A stretch of 64,000 bases of DNA from Minisyncoccia bacterium (lineage in GTDB: Bacteria > Patescibacteriota > Minisyncoccia > UBA6257 > 2-01-FULL-56-20): the NCBI GenBank assembly GCA_050015515.1, contig JBEKBG010000002.1:18777-82776 (forward strand), read 5' to 3'. The position numbers and the translations under genes were made by a program. Of the stretch, positions 27,586 through 36,758 are shown one piece after another (positions within the stretch are counted from its first letter, which is position 1; each line of letters starts with the position of its first letter). The notes below the pieces were generated by a model. The model made no database searches and was not told the DNA's origin. It was given only the letters and a program-made list of their open reading frames with translations.

Positions 27586-27954
27586 ATGAAAGCTATAAAG
27601 AAACTTAATCAAAAAAGGATCCGTCGTGTCGCGCGTACCCGCGCGGCGATTTCCGGCACCGCCGTGCGCCCGCGCCTGACCGTGCGACGCACCAATCGCT
27701 ACTTCTACGCCCAGCTCGTTGACGACGTAAAAGGAAATACGATCCTTTCCGCATCAAGCTTTACCATTGCGAAGGCGGCGAAGGCTGCAAAAGAGAACAA
27801 GACGGCGAACGCGTTTTCTGTCGGCGAACTCATCGGAAAGCAGGCGAGCGAAAAGGGGATCAAATCCGCAGTATTCGATCGCCGTTCATACAAGTTCCAC
27901 GGCCGGGTAAAGAGCTTCGTCGATGGAGCAAAAAAAGGCGGACTCACTATATAA
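27586..27954 (+). CDS. rplR: 50S ribosomal protein L18
   Basis: RPRL, FDRRSYKFHGRVK. Confidence 0.97.
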   Translation: MKAIKKLNQKRIRRVARTRAAISGTAVRPRLTVRRTNRYFYAQLVDDVKGNTILSASSFTIAKAAKAAKENKTANAFSVGELIGKQASEKGIKSAVFDRRSYKFHGRVKSFVDGAKKGGLTI

Positions 27955-27958
27955 CACC

Positions 27959-28459
27959 ATGGCAGAACAAACATCATCCCCAAGGACATTCAACCGTCGG
28001 CCGGACCGCGTGCGCCCCGTGGTGCACGAGGAGTTCAAAGAGCGCGTGCTCGACAATCGCCGCGTGACCCGCGTCGTTGCCGGAGGCAAGCGCTTCCGTT
28101 TCCGCGTCACGATCGTGATCGGCGACGAGCGTGGCCGTGTCGGCATTGGCGTGGCGAAGGGTCTCGACGTCCAGCAGGCGGTCGCAAAGGCGAAGACCGA
28201 CGCAAAGAAGCACCTACTCGTGGTCAGCCTCAAGGACGGTCGCACGATCGCGCACGAGGTGATCGCAAAGTACAGCGCCGCCAAGGTGATGATCAAACCG
28301 GCCAGCAAGGGGCATGGTCTCCGCGCGGGGGGTTCGGTGCGGTTCGTGCTTGCGTTCGCGGGCATCAAGGACGCCACCGCAAAGGTGCTCGGCCGTACGC
28401 CGAACAAACTGACGAACGCAATGGCCACCATCGAAGCCCTAAAAAAATTGAAAGCATGA
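27959..28459 (+). CDS. rpsE: 30S ribosomal protein S5
   Basis: RVTRVVAGGKRFRF, GLRAGG. Confidence 0.97.
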   Translation: MAEQTSSPRTFNRRPDRVRPVVHEEFKERVLDNRRVTRVVAGGKRFRFRVTIVIGDERGRVGIGVAKGLDVQQAVAKAKTDAKKHLLVVSLKDGRTIAHEVIAKYSAAKVMIKPASKGHGLRAGGSVRFVLAFAGIKDATAKVLGRTPNKLTNAMATIEALKKLKA

Positions 28460-28496
28460 AATTAAAGGCATAAGCTGAGCGAATATTATTACTACC

Positions 28497-28937
28497 ATGA
28501 AACTTCATTCACGAACTTCTCTCCGCCCTAAGCGTCTTCAGCGCATCGGCCGTAGCGGCAAGCGCGGCAGTTATTCCGGCCGTGGTGTCAAAGGACAGCG
28601 CTCCCGCTCGGGACACCGCATCCGTCCGGCGGAACGCGATATCATTCTGAAGATCCCGAAGATGCGCGGATTCCGGAATAAGGAAAAGGCTGATGCGCCC
28701 GTCGTGTTCAATCTCGGTACGCTTTCCGGCAAGCTGAAGATACACGTGAGGGTTGGCGCCCCGCTTGAGGTCAGCTATGCACTTTTAAAGACCGTAAAGT
28801 TGTTAAAGAAAGATTATAAAGGCGTCGTAAAGATCCTTGGAACGGGGGATATCGCGTTCCCGATCGCTATCAGTGGCTTTGAAGTGTCAGCCAGCGCGAA
28901 AGCAAAAATCGAGAAAGCCGGTGGTAGTGTAAAATAA
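28497..28937 (+). CDS. rplO: 50S ribosomal protein L15
   Basis: GRGVKGQRSRSG, KILGTG, IEKAGG. Confidence 0.95.
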   Translation: MKLHSRTSLRPKRLQRIGRSGKRGSYSGRGVKGQRSRSGHRIRPAERDIILKIPKMRGFRNKEKADAPVVFNLGTLSGKLKIHVRVGAPLEVSYALLKTVKLLKKDYKGVVKILGTGDIAFPIAISGFEVSASAKAKIEKAGGSVK

Positions 28938-29005
28938 AACAAATATGAACAGCCCTTTGCCTCCCCAAGATGGACCGTTCGGCAAAGGGCTGTTCATATT
29001 TGTTT
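28937..29005. repeat. Mirror-arm hairpin element, core family C
   Basis: Perfect 25-bp arms; core motif GCCTC-N9-GACCGTTCGG. Confidence 0.85.
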
Positions 29006-29033
29006 CCTTGTTTGTTTAATATAAGATAAAGAC

Positions 29034-30305
29034 ATGGAAAGATTTCTACAGATATTCAAAGTAAAGGAGCTCCGCAACAAGATCCTCATCGTGTTGGGGC
29101 TTTTGGTTGCCTATCGTGTGCTTGCCGCGATTCCGATCCCAGGGGTGAATGCGCAGGCGCTCCAGAATTATTTCAATTCCAACCAGCTGCTCGGGTTCCT
29201 CAACTTCTTCTCCGGTGGCGGACTCGCGAACCTTTCGGTCGTGATGCTTGGCGTCGGCCCGTACATCACTTCCACCATCGTCATGCAGCTCATGACCATC
29301 ATCTTCCCGAAGATGAAGGAGATGTATTACGAGGAGGGCGCCCGCGGCCAGGCGAAGTTCAACCAATACTCGCGTTTGCTCACCGTGCCGTTCGCGTTCG
29401 TGCAGTCCTACGGATTCCTGAGTCTGCTCATGTCGCAGGGCGTGATCCCGCATCCGGACGCGTTTGACCTGATCCGTAACGTGATTGTGATCACGTGCGG
29501 CTCGATGCTCGCGCTCTGGCTCGGCGAACTCATCACCGAAGAGAAGGTGGGCAACGGCATCTCACTCATCATCTTGGCTGGTATCCTGGCGCGCATCCCG
29601 CAGAGCGTCGGAACCGCGTTCGCGTCCTACACCGCCCAGCTTTTGACCTCGTATGTTGGGTTCCTCGTCGTGGGACTATTGCTCATCGCTGGCGTTGTAT
29701 ATCTGAACGAAGGCGAACGGAAAATACCTGTTGCGTACGCAAGGCGTGTTCGCGGCACCAAAATGTACGGTGGCGCACAAAGCTATCTGCCTCTCAAGGT
29801 GAATCAGGCGGGCATGATTCCGCTTATCTTTGCGATCTCCGTCCTGCTCTTCCCGCAATTCCTGGCAACGATCATCGCGCTCTTTTCGGCATCGTGGGGG
29901 CTAAAGGTAAGTGCCTTTGCGCAGGCCTTTGTGGCAAACCAGTTGTGGTACGGCATATTCTATTTCCTACTGGTATTTATCTTTACGTATTTCTATACCG
30001 CGATCACGTTCAATCCGGAAGAGGTTGCCAAAAATCTCCAGCAGAGCGGGGGATTTGTGCCGGGCATCCGGCCGGGCGAGAACACGGAGAAGTTCTTCCA
30101 TGGCGTGGTAAACCGCATCACGTTCTTCGGCGCGGCGTTCCTTGGTCTTATCGCGATCCTGCCGATCATCGTGCAATCGATCACGGGGGTCTCGGTTCTT
30201 ACGATCAGTGGCACCGCGTTATTGATCGTCGTTGCGGTTGCGCTCGAGACCATGCGCATGGTGGATTCGCAGTTGACGGTGAGGGAATATGAGGGCATAG
30301 AATAA
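29034..30305 (+). CDS. secY: Preprotein translocase subunit SecY
   Basis: LGVGPYITS, GNGISLII, FVPGIRPG. Confidence 0.98.
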   Translation: MERFLQIFKVKELRNKILIVLGLLVAYRVLAAIPIPGVNAQALQNYFNSNQLLGFLNFFSGGGLANLSVVMLGVGPYITSTIVMQLMTIIFPKMKEMYYEEGARGQAKFNQYSRLLTVPFAFVQSYGFLSLLMSQGVIPHPDAFDLIRNVIVITCGSMLALWLGELITEEKVGNGISLIILAGILARIPQSVGTAFASYTAQLLTSYVGFLVVGLLLIAGVVYLNEGERKIPVAYARRVRGTKMYGGAQSYLPLKVNQAGMIPLIFAISVLLFPQFLATIIALFSASWGLKVSAFAQAFVANQLWYGIFYFLLVFIFTYFYTAITFNPEEVAKNLQQSGGFVPGIRPGENTEKFFHGVVNRITFFGAAFLGLIAILPIIVQSITGVSVLTISGTALLIVVAVALETMRMVDSQLTVREYEGIE

Positions 30306-30418
30306 AACACCCCTCCTTTGAAAGGACGGCGTTCCGGTCTGCTGACCGGCCGCCTTGGCTCTCGCCGCCTTCGCGGCTCCGAGACACCTTTCGAAGGAAG
30401 GGTGTGTTATTCTATGCC
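30294..30418. repeat. Mirror-arm hairpin element, core family A
   Basis: About 32-bp arms that include secY GGC ATA GAA TAA; 61-nt core matching the fusA copy with compensatory changes. Confidence 0.9.
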
Positions 30419-30516
30419 TGGTGACTAGAGAAAGAAGTATTGATAAACGATTGACGGATTTTCTAATGAAAGATATAATACCGCCAGGCTTCAAATAGGT
30501 TCTAGGAGGAAAGATC

Positions 30517-31005
30517 ATGGGTAGTGCGACGTGTGATGCGGGTAAGATAGCCACATTGGTTGGAGCATGTCAGGTCATGCTAGCAACGGTCCTGAGGGAG
30601 TTTGCCACTTTCAAAGAGTGGGAAGGTAAAAAGGGAGGTTATTTCTGCGTGGCAGACGGCCTTTCCGGAACTCCTCTACTGGTTGCGCTTGTCGGCGAAG
30701 TTCCGCTCGAGAAAGTGGAAAAGTATCTGGAATTCAGCCAGGAAAAGTCTCGGCGCCTCGCGTTTCAGATAGGGCACTTGAGCAGTTGGGAAAGTCGAGA
30801 CCCCAGTCACAACCAGTGGGGCGGCGCCATCCGCATCGAGGATATGATTTTTTCATTCTCGGGTTTGCCTGAGCTGGGAGACGAGGTTTTAATGTTGCTT
30901 GTCGGGCAAATGTATGGTCGAAGGGATAATATCTTGTTGGACGACCATCTTTGGGAAATCGTGAAACGCAGCAACAATCCCTACTGGGATGAGCGATTGG
31001 TCTAA
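30517..31005 (+). CDS. Hypothetical protein, GlcG/HbpS-like
   Basis: WGGAIR...FSFSGLPELGDE resembles the GlcG C-terminus; SD AGGAGG and own promoter at 30452. Confidence 0.5.
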   Translation: MGSATCDAGKIATLVGACQVMLATVLREFATFKEWEGKKGGYFCVADGLSGTPLLVALVGEVPLEKVEKYLEFSQEKSRRLAFQIGHLSSWESRDPSHNQWGGAIRIEDMIFSFSGLPELGDEVLMLLVGQMYGRRDNILLDDHLWEIVKRSNNPYWDERLV

Positions 31006-31094
31006 AAACTCTTTTTTCTTTGTGCATGGCTATGGCTTCGGTCATAGCCATTTTTTTGCGAAATTTAAATTTACTTGTTATCATATAGGTACCA

Positions 31095-31667
31095 ATGAAC
31101 TACAACATAATTTTTGTTGCCGGACCGCAGGGATCGGGCAAGGGGACGCAGGGGAAAAAACTGGCGGAAAAGCTGGGTTTTTTGTTTTGGGAGATGGGCG
31201 GGACGTTGCGTGCGATCCTCGCGAAGGGTGGGCCGCTGGCGGAGAAGATCAAGGCGATCGACCACGGGACCTTGCTTTCCGATGAGCTTATCATAGAGGT
31301 ATTAAGGGACCAGCTGCCGTTGATTCCACACGAACAGGGGATAATCTTCGACGGCGTGCCGCGCCGTTTGGGGCAGGGACAGTTTTTGGTGGAATATTTA
31401 AAGGAGCGCGGGATGGACAAAATGGCGACGATTTTCATCGACGTGCCGCGCGATGAATGCATCAAACGATTGTTGTTACGCGCCCGGCATGAGTCGCGGG
31501 TGGATGACACGCCGGATGCGATCGCGCACCGCTTCCGCGATTACGACGATGCGATAAAACCCGCGATGGATTATCTCAAAGAACATACGACCTTCATCAC
31601 GATCGACGGCACTCCGGCGCCGGATGTGATCGCGGAGAGCATCATGATGGCGCTTACTATGGCATAA
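31095..31667 (+). CDS. adk: Adenylate kinase-family protein (short LID)
   Basis: GPQGSGKGTQ, FDGVPR, RVDD. Confidence 0.85.
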   Translation: MNYNIIFVAGPQGSGKGTQGKKLAEKLGFLFWEMGGTLRAILAKGGPLAEKIKAIDHGTLLSDELIIEVLRDQLPLIPHEQGIIFDGVPRRLGQGQFLVEYLKERGMDKMATIFIDVPRDECIKRLLLRARHESRVDDTPDAIAHRFRDYDDAIKPAMDYLKEHTTFITIDGTPAPDVIAESIMMALTMA

Positions 31668-31676
31668 ATAAAGACG

Positions 31677-32282
31677 ATGAATCCTGCGCCGAAGAATAAA
31701 AAGCCGTTCAATCTGATCCTCCTTGGCGATCCTGCGTCCGGGAAAGGAACTCAGGCGGTGCGCCTCGTCAAAAAATATCACTTTTATAATCTTGACATGG
31801 GGCGCGAGGTACGGAAGCCTGCCGCGCTCGCGCAGTATGATTATGCAAAAACGACGGGGATCGGGCATCTGACGCCCACCGCGGTCGTGCGAAATATCTT
31901 CAAGCGGGTGATCGCAGCGACACCCACAAGAAAGGGGATTCTTTTTAATGGCACTCCAAAGATGATCAACGAGGCGAAGCTCGTTGTGCGGGAGCTTGTG
32001 CGCGCGAAGCGCAGCGATCCGCTCGTTATTTATTTGAACATTCCGCAACGCGAGATGTTCAAACGCGCGGAACTCCGTAACCGTGATGACGACACCGCGC
32101 GTGCGTTGCGCAACCGCCAGAAATATTACAAAGCGCAGATCGCACTGGTGGTTGCATTTTTTGGCGAGCGGTATACCGTTAAGAAGATTTCCGGGATGGG
32201 AACCGAGGCCGCAGTGGAAAAAAAGATCAAAGCGGCCATCCGGAAGTATCACTATGGAACTACGAACTCCGCAAGAGATTGA
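31677..32282 (+). CDS. Second adenylate/nucleoside monophosphate kinase-like protein (divergent)
   Basis: GDPASGKGTQ, FNGTPK, RDDD. Confidence 0.8.
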   Translation: MNPAPKNKKPFNLILLGDPASGKGTQAVRLVKKYHFYNLDMGREVRKPAALAQYDYAKTTGIGHLTPTAVVRNIFKRVIAATPTRKGILFNGTPKMINEAKLVVRELVRAKRSDPLVIYLNIPQREMFKRAELRNRDDDTARALRNRQKYYKAQIALVVAFFGERYTVKKISGMGTEAAVEKKIKAAIRKYHYGTTNSARD

Positions 32283-33015
32283 TATCATGGCGGAAGGCGG
32301 CCGTCGCCTTGGCGCTGTGCTGCAGAAACTGAGGGCGATGGTGGGGTCCGGCGTGACCACGCTCGCGTTGGATCACGCGGCGCGCGCGCTGATAGAGGCC
32401 GGCGGCGATGTGCCGGCATTTTTGAACTATCGCCCTGCGGGCGCGCGCCGCGCGTATCCCTACACGCTCTGCGCCTCAGTGAACAATGTTGTGGTGCATG
32501 GCCAACCGTCGGCGATGTGCGTTTTAAAAGAGGGCGATATCATTAAGCTCGACCTCGGGCTGGTCCATAAAAAATTCTATCTCGATGCCGCAATCACCGT
32601 CGGTGTCGGGCGTATAAGCGCCGAGGCGAAGAAACTTATGGCCGTCACGGAAGAGTCGCTTTACGCGGGAATAAAAGAAGCAAAGCCAGGCCGTACGCTC
32701 GGCGATATTGGCTACGCCATCGAGCGCGTGGTGCGCAAAAATAAATTTTCCGTCGCCGAGGGGTTGACCGGACACGGCATCGGTCGCGCACTTCACGAGG
32801 ATCCGACCGTGTTCAATTTTGGCGATCGTGGAACCGGTATAAAGCTCGTTCCGGGTATGGTGATCGCGATCGAGCCGATGGTCGCCGCCCACGGTGGCGA
32901 GATCGTCCAGCTGCGCGATGAAGGCTACGGCACCGCTGACCACTCCCTCGCAGCGCACTTTGAGCACACGGTGGCGATCACGGAAAAAGGGCCGAGAATA
33001 TTGACGAAAGTGTAG
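32254..33015 (+). CDS. map: Methionine aminopeptidase type I
   Basis: CASVNNVVVHG, GHGIG, AIEPM, AAHFEHT. Confidence 0.96.
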   Translation: MELRTPQEIDIMAEGGRRLGAVLQKLRAMVGSGVTTLALDHAARALIEAGGDVPAFLNYRPAGARRAYPYTLCASVNNVVVHGQPSAMCVLKEGDIIKLDLGLVHKKFYLDAAITVGVGRISAEAKKLMAVTEESLYAGIKEAKPGRTLGDIGYAIERVVRKNKFSVAEGLTGHGIGRALHEDPTVFNFGDRGTGIKLVPGMVIAIEPMVAAHGGEIVQLRDEGYGTADHSLAAHFEHTVAITEKGPRILTKV

Positions 33016-33055
33016 TGCCTGCCGTACCCGTGTGGCGCGTGATATAATTATTCCA

Positions 33056-33790
33056 ATGGCTCAGCCTTATCTCTCCATCATCATCCCCGCGTACAACGAG
33101 GCCGAGCGTATTCCGCAGACGCTCGTTGATATGGACAAGCGCTTGAGTGGTGTCGACTACTCGTACGAAATTCTAGTGGTGAATGACGGCTCGAAAGACA
33201 ATACCGCGGCGGTGGTAAAGAACATGGCGAAGATGGTGAAGAATCTCAAGCTGGTCGACCTCAAGGAAAACGTCGGCAAGGGCGGTGCGGTCAAGCAGGG
33301 GATGTTGCTCGCCGCCGGGAAAGTGCGGCTCTTTACCGATGCGGACAATTCCACATCCATCGACCAGTTCGAGAAAATGATCCCGCTCTTTAAGGATGGT
33401 TATGGGGTGGTCATCGGCTCGCGCGCGCTCAAGAGCGCGCAGCTCGATCCGCCGGAACCGTTCTATCGGCAGGTCATCGGAAAGACGCTCAACTTTCTCG
33501 TTCAGCTGTTTTTGCTGCCCGGCATCTGGGATACGCAGTGCGGTTTTAAGGCATATACCGACGAGGCGGCGGAAAAGATATTCACCATTTCAAAGACCGT
33601 TGGTTGGGGATTCGACGTAGAAACGCTGGCGCTCGCCAAGCGATTGGGCTTCCGGATCAAGGAAATACCAGTGCATTGGGTCAATGACACCCGGTCACGC
33701 GTCAAGTTCTCCGGGGGGTTGCAATTTTTGGCGGAAACGTGTACAATTCGCTGGAGGTTGTGGAGGGATGGATACCATCTCAAGCGGTAA
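33056..33790 (+). CDS. GT2 dolichyl-phosphate beta-glucosyltransferase-like protein
   Basis: IIPAYNE, VNDGSKD, GKGGAV, DAD, DTQCGFK. Confidence 0.9.
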   Translation: MAQPYLSIIIPAYNEAERIPQTLVDMDKRLSGVDYSYEILVVNDGSKDNTAAVVKNMAKMVKNLKLVDLKENVGKGGAVKQGMLLAAGKVRLFTDADNSTSIDQFEKMIPLFKDGYGVVIGSRALKSAQLDPPEPFYRQVIGKTLNFLVQLFLLPGIWDTQCGFKAYTDEAAEKIFTISKTVGWGFDVETLALAKRLGFRIKEIPVHWVNDTRSRVKFSGGLQFLAETCTIRWRLWRDGYHLKR

Positions 33791-33870
33791 ACCTTATAAT
33801 ATAACAAGCCAATTAACGTTATTCAGGCCGCTTTTACAGCGGTCATTATTAATCTATTATTCACTGATCA

Positions 33871-34329
33871 ATGAGCAAGCAGTACGTAACAAAAGATCGG
33901 TTGGAGGAGTTTAAAGCGGAGCTTGAGGATCTTAAGAACAAGCGCCGCAACGAGGTTGCCCAGCGTCTTCGGCAGGCAAAGGAGTATGGCGACCTTTCGG
34001 AAAATTCCGAGTATGCGGAAGCGCGCGAAGAACAGGCAAACGTCGAGACGCGCATTTTTGAGCTGGAAGATCTTTTAAAGGATGCAGTGGTGATCGAAAA
34101 GACGGAGGATAACGGCGTTATACAGATCGGGTCGGTGGTCACTATAAAGAAGGATGAAAAAACGTCGGCTTACACGATCGTCGGCAAACATGAGGCAAAG
34201 CCGGAGGAAGGCAAAATATCCGACGAATCGCCGCTCGGCAAGGCGTTTTTGAAGCATAAGGTGGGGGATAAGATCAACGTCACGACGCCGGCGGGGGTGA
34301 TGACGTATGAGATTTTGAAGATTCAATAG
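33871..34329 (+). CDS. greA: Transcription elongation factor GreA
   Basis: GDLSENSEY, SPLGKA. Confidence 0.96.
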   Translation: MSKQYVTKDRLEEFKAELEDLKNKRRNEVAQRLRQAKEYGDLSENSEYAEAREEQANVETRIFELEDLLKDAVVIEKTEDNGVIQIGSVVTIKKDEKTSAYTIVGKHEAKPEEGKISDESPLGKAFLKHKVGDKINVTTPAGVMTYEILKIQ

Positions 34330-34348
34330 CTCGCGGTATCATTAAGGA

Positions 34349-35830
34349 ATGCTGGAAGATATCATTACGGAGCGGCGGAAGAAGCTGGATGCGATAAAAG
34401 CGGCCGGTATTGATCCGTATCCGGCGCGGGTAAAGCGCTCGTTCGCGATCGCGCACGCGCTTGCGGAGTTTGACGCGCTTGCGACGGCATCAGCGTCGTC
34501 CTCGGCATCGGGCGGTGAAAAGATCTCGCTTACGGGCCGCGTGCGGAGCTTACGCGACCAGGGCAAGATCATATTTGCGGACATCGAGGACGAATCGGGA
34601 ACGATCCAGGCGGTACTAAAAGAGGATGCGTTGAGCGAGCTCCCATTTTGGCGCTCGGTACTCGACATGGGTGATTTTATTTCCGTCACCGGGCTTTTAT
34701 TCACCACGAAGCGCGGTGAGAAAAGTATTGAGGCGCACGAGCTCCAACTTGCGTCGAAGAGCCTCTTACCAATGCCTGATAAATGGGAAGGTTTGCAGGA
34801 TGACGACATTCGGTTTCGCAAGCGCTACCTCGACCTCATCGCGGGAGAAAATCTCCGTGAACTGTTTCGCAAGAAGACCATTTTCTGGGAAACATTCCGC
34901 AACGCGCTCAAGCGCGAAGGATTTTTGGAAGTGGAAACGCCGGTACTCGAGAATCTTCCCGGTGGCGCGGAGGCGGCACCGTTCAAAACACATCACAACG
35001 CGCTCGACACGGAATTTTATCTGCGCATCTCTTTGGAATTGCCGCTCAAGCGTTTGCTTGTCGGTGGATACGACAAAGTATTCGAGATCGGGCGCATTTT
35101 CCGCAACGAGGGCATCGACCGCGAGCACTTGCAGGATTACACCCAGCTGGAATTTTATTGGGCGTACAGCGACTATCACGATGTGATGCGGCTGACGGAA
35201 AAAATATATAAAGAGGTGATTGAGAAAACCTGCGGTGGGCTCGTTACGGAATTTGCTGGCGGTGCAAAAAAAATAGACTGGTCAAAAAAGTGGCCGACGG
35301 TGGATTACGTGGAGGCATTTAAAAAAGCGAACGACGGTCTCGACCCGATCAGCGCCAGCCACGCGGAGCTGTTGGCAAAAGCAAAAGAGCTGAAGTTGGA
35401 AGCCGATAAGAGCGCAGGTAAGGGACGGCTCATTGATCTGATATTTAAGAAGACCGTGCGATCGACGCTCATTGAGCCGTGCTTCTTGATAAATCCGCCC
35501 GTGGAAATCGAGCCGCTCGCCAAGCGGCATCCGGAGAATCCGGCGGTCGTGGAGCGGTTCCAGATCGTCGCGTGCGGTACGGAGCTCGGCAAAGGATTTT
35601 CGGAGCTCAACGATCCGGATGACCAGCGTACGCGATTTGAGGAGCAGATGAAGCTTCGCGCGGCAGGGGACGCCGAAGCGCAATATCTCGACGAGGACTT
35701 TTTGGAGGCGTTGCAGTATGGCATGCCGCCGGCGGGCGGGTTCGGCGTGAGCGAGCGACTGTTCTCGATTTTGATGGATATGCCGGTGCGCGAGACGGTG
35801 TTTTTTCCATTGATGCGGGAGAAGAAATAA
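34349..35830 (+). CDS. lysS: Lysine--tRNA ligase (class II)
   Basis: GGAEAAPFKT, FRNEGID, YGMPPAGG. Confidence 0.97.
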   Translation: MLEDIITERRKKLDAIKAAGIDPYPARVKRSFAIAHALAEFDALATASASSSASGGEKISLTGRVRSLRDQGKIIFADIEDESGTIQAVLKEDALSELPFWRSVLDMGDFISVTGLLFTTKRGEKSIEAHELQLASKSLLPMPDKWEGLQDDDIRFRKRYLDLIAGENLRELFRKKTIFWETFRNALKREGFLEVETPVLENLPGGAEAAPFKTHHNALDTEFYLRISLELPLKRLLVGGYDKVFEIGRIFRNEGIDREHLQDYTQLEFYWAYSDYHDVMRLTEKIYKEVIEKTCGGLVTEFAGGAKKIDWSKKWPTVDYVEAFKKANDGLDPISASHAELLAKAKELKLEADKSAGKGRLIDLIFKKTVRSTLIEPCFLINPPVEIEPLAKRHPENPAVVERFQIVACGTELGKGFSELNDPDDQRTRFEEQMKLRAAGDAEAQYLDEDFLEALQYGMPPAGGFGVSERLFSILMDMPVRETVFFPLMREKK

Positions 35831-35846
35831 TTTTCATTATCAAAAT

Positions 35847-36743
35847 ATGGATAAAAAGAGTCCAGAGGCGATGAGCACGGACATGGAGGGCGGCGTCGAT
35901 ACGGCGGGCCAATCCGCAGAACAGCCGGAAGCGGGCTTGGAAGCCCAAAAGGAATCGATTGAAAATCCTTCGGAAAAATCTCCCGAAACAGAAATAAACG
36001 AGACTGTGGGCGAAATAGACCATGTTGATCAAGAAGTTTTTACTGCCCAAAAATCCATTGCTGATACAGAAGCGAAGTTAGCCGAATTGAGAGAGGGTAT
36101 GGGCATGCCGCCTAACGGCGAGAACTCTCCGGCTGCGGGATTTCAGAATGAGAAGATCAAGCAACTCGAAAAGCGTAAGGAAGAATTGGGTCAGCAAAAA
36201 GAAGATTGGATAAAACAGCATGGGCGCGAAAATCTCCCAGATGGCGTAGCGCTCGATGATGAGGAGGGCGGGCGAGAAGCGAAGGGCGGTTCTCTCGAAA
36301 AAGAGGAAGACCAGGAAAGGGATGACAAGGAGAAGAAAGAAGACCTCGAGCTTCGCAAGAAATGGATCAAGAAATGGGAAGAAGATTCAGTGAAGCATTT
36401 TGAGAACGCCATGCGGGAAGATTGGCGGACGAAGGACGCGATGAACCTTGACCTCACGATCCAACTGATGAAACTCCGCGTGCCGAAAGCAATGGATAAG
36501 AAAGCGGAAGAATTTCTTAATGGGACTGTTGATGAGCCGCCATTTTCCACTGTTTGGATGAGATGGCAGACCTCATCGCCGCTGGACAAAATCCTTAATA
36601 AGCCAAATTGGATCGGCAAGCTGGAGATCACCTTCGACGATGAAGTTCAGAAAATCGCCGAGGAGAGCGAGTTGAAGAAAGAAGAAAAAGAAGACGTAGA
36701 AAACAAGAAAACGGAACAGGATACTACGCAAGAGGTTCACTAA
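35847..36743 (+). CDS. Acidic coiled-coil hypothetical protein
   Basis: 298 aa, E/K-rich, long ORF directly after lysS. Confidence 0.7.
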   Translation: MDKKSPEAMSTDMEGGVDTAGQSAEQPEAGLEAQKESIENPSEKSPETEINETVGEIDHVDQEVFTAQKSIADTEAKLAELREGMGMPPNGENSPAAGFQNEKIKQLEKRKEELGQQKEDWIKQHGRENLPDGVALDDEEGGREAKGGSLEKEEDQERDDKEKKEDLELRKKWIKKWEEDSVKHFENAMREDWRTKDAMNLDLTIQLMKLRVPKAMDKKAEEFLNGTVDEPPFSTVWMRWQTSSPLDKILNKPNWIGKLEITFDDEVQKIAEESELKKEEKEDVENKKTEQDTTQEVH

Positions 36744-36758
36744 AAGAGCAATCGAATT

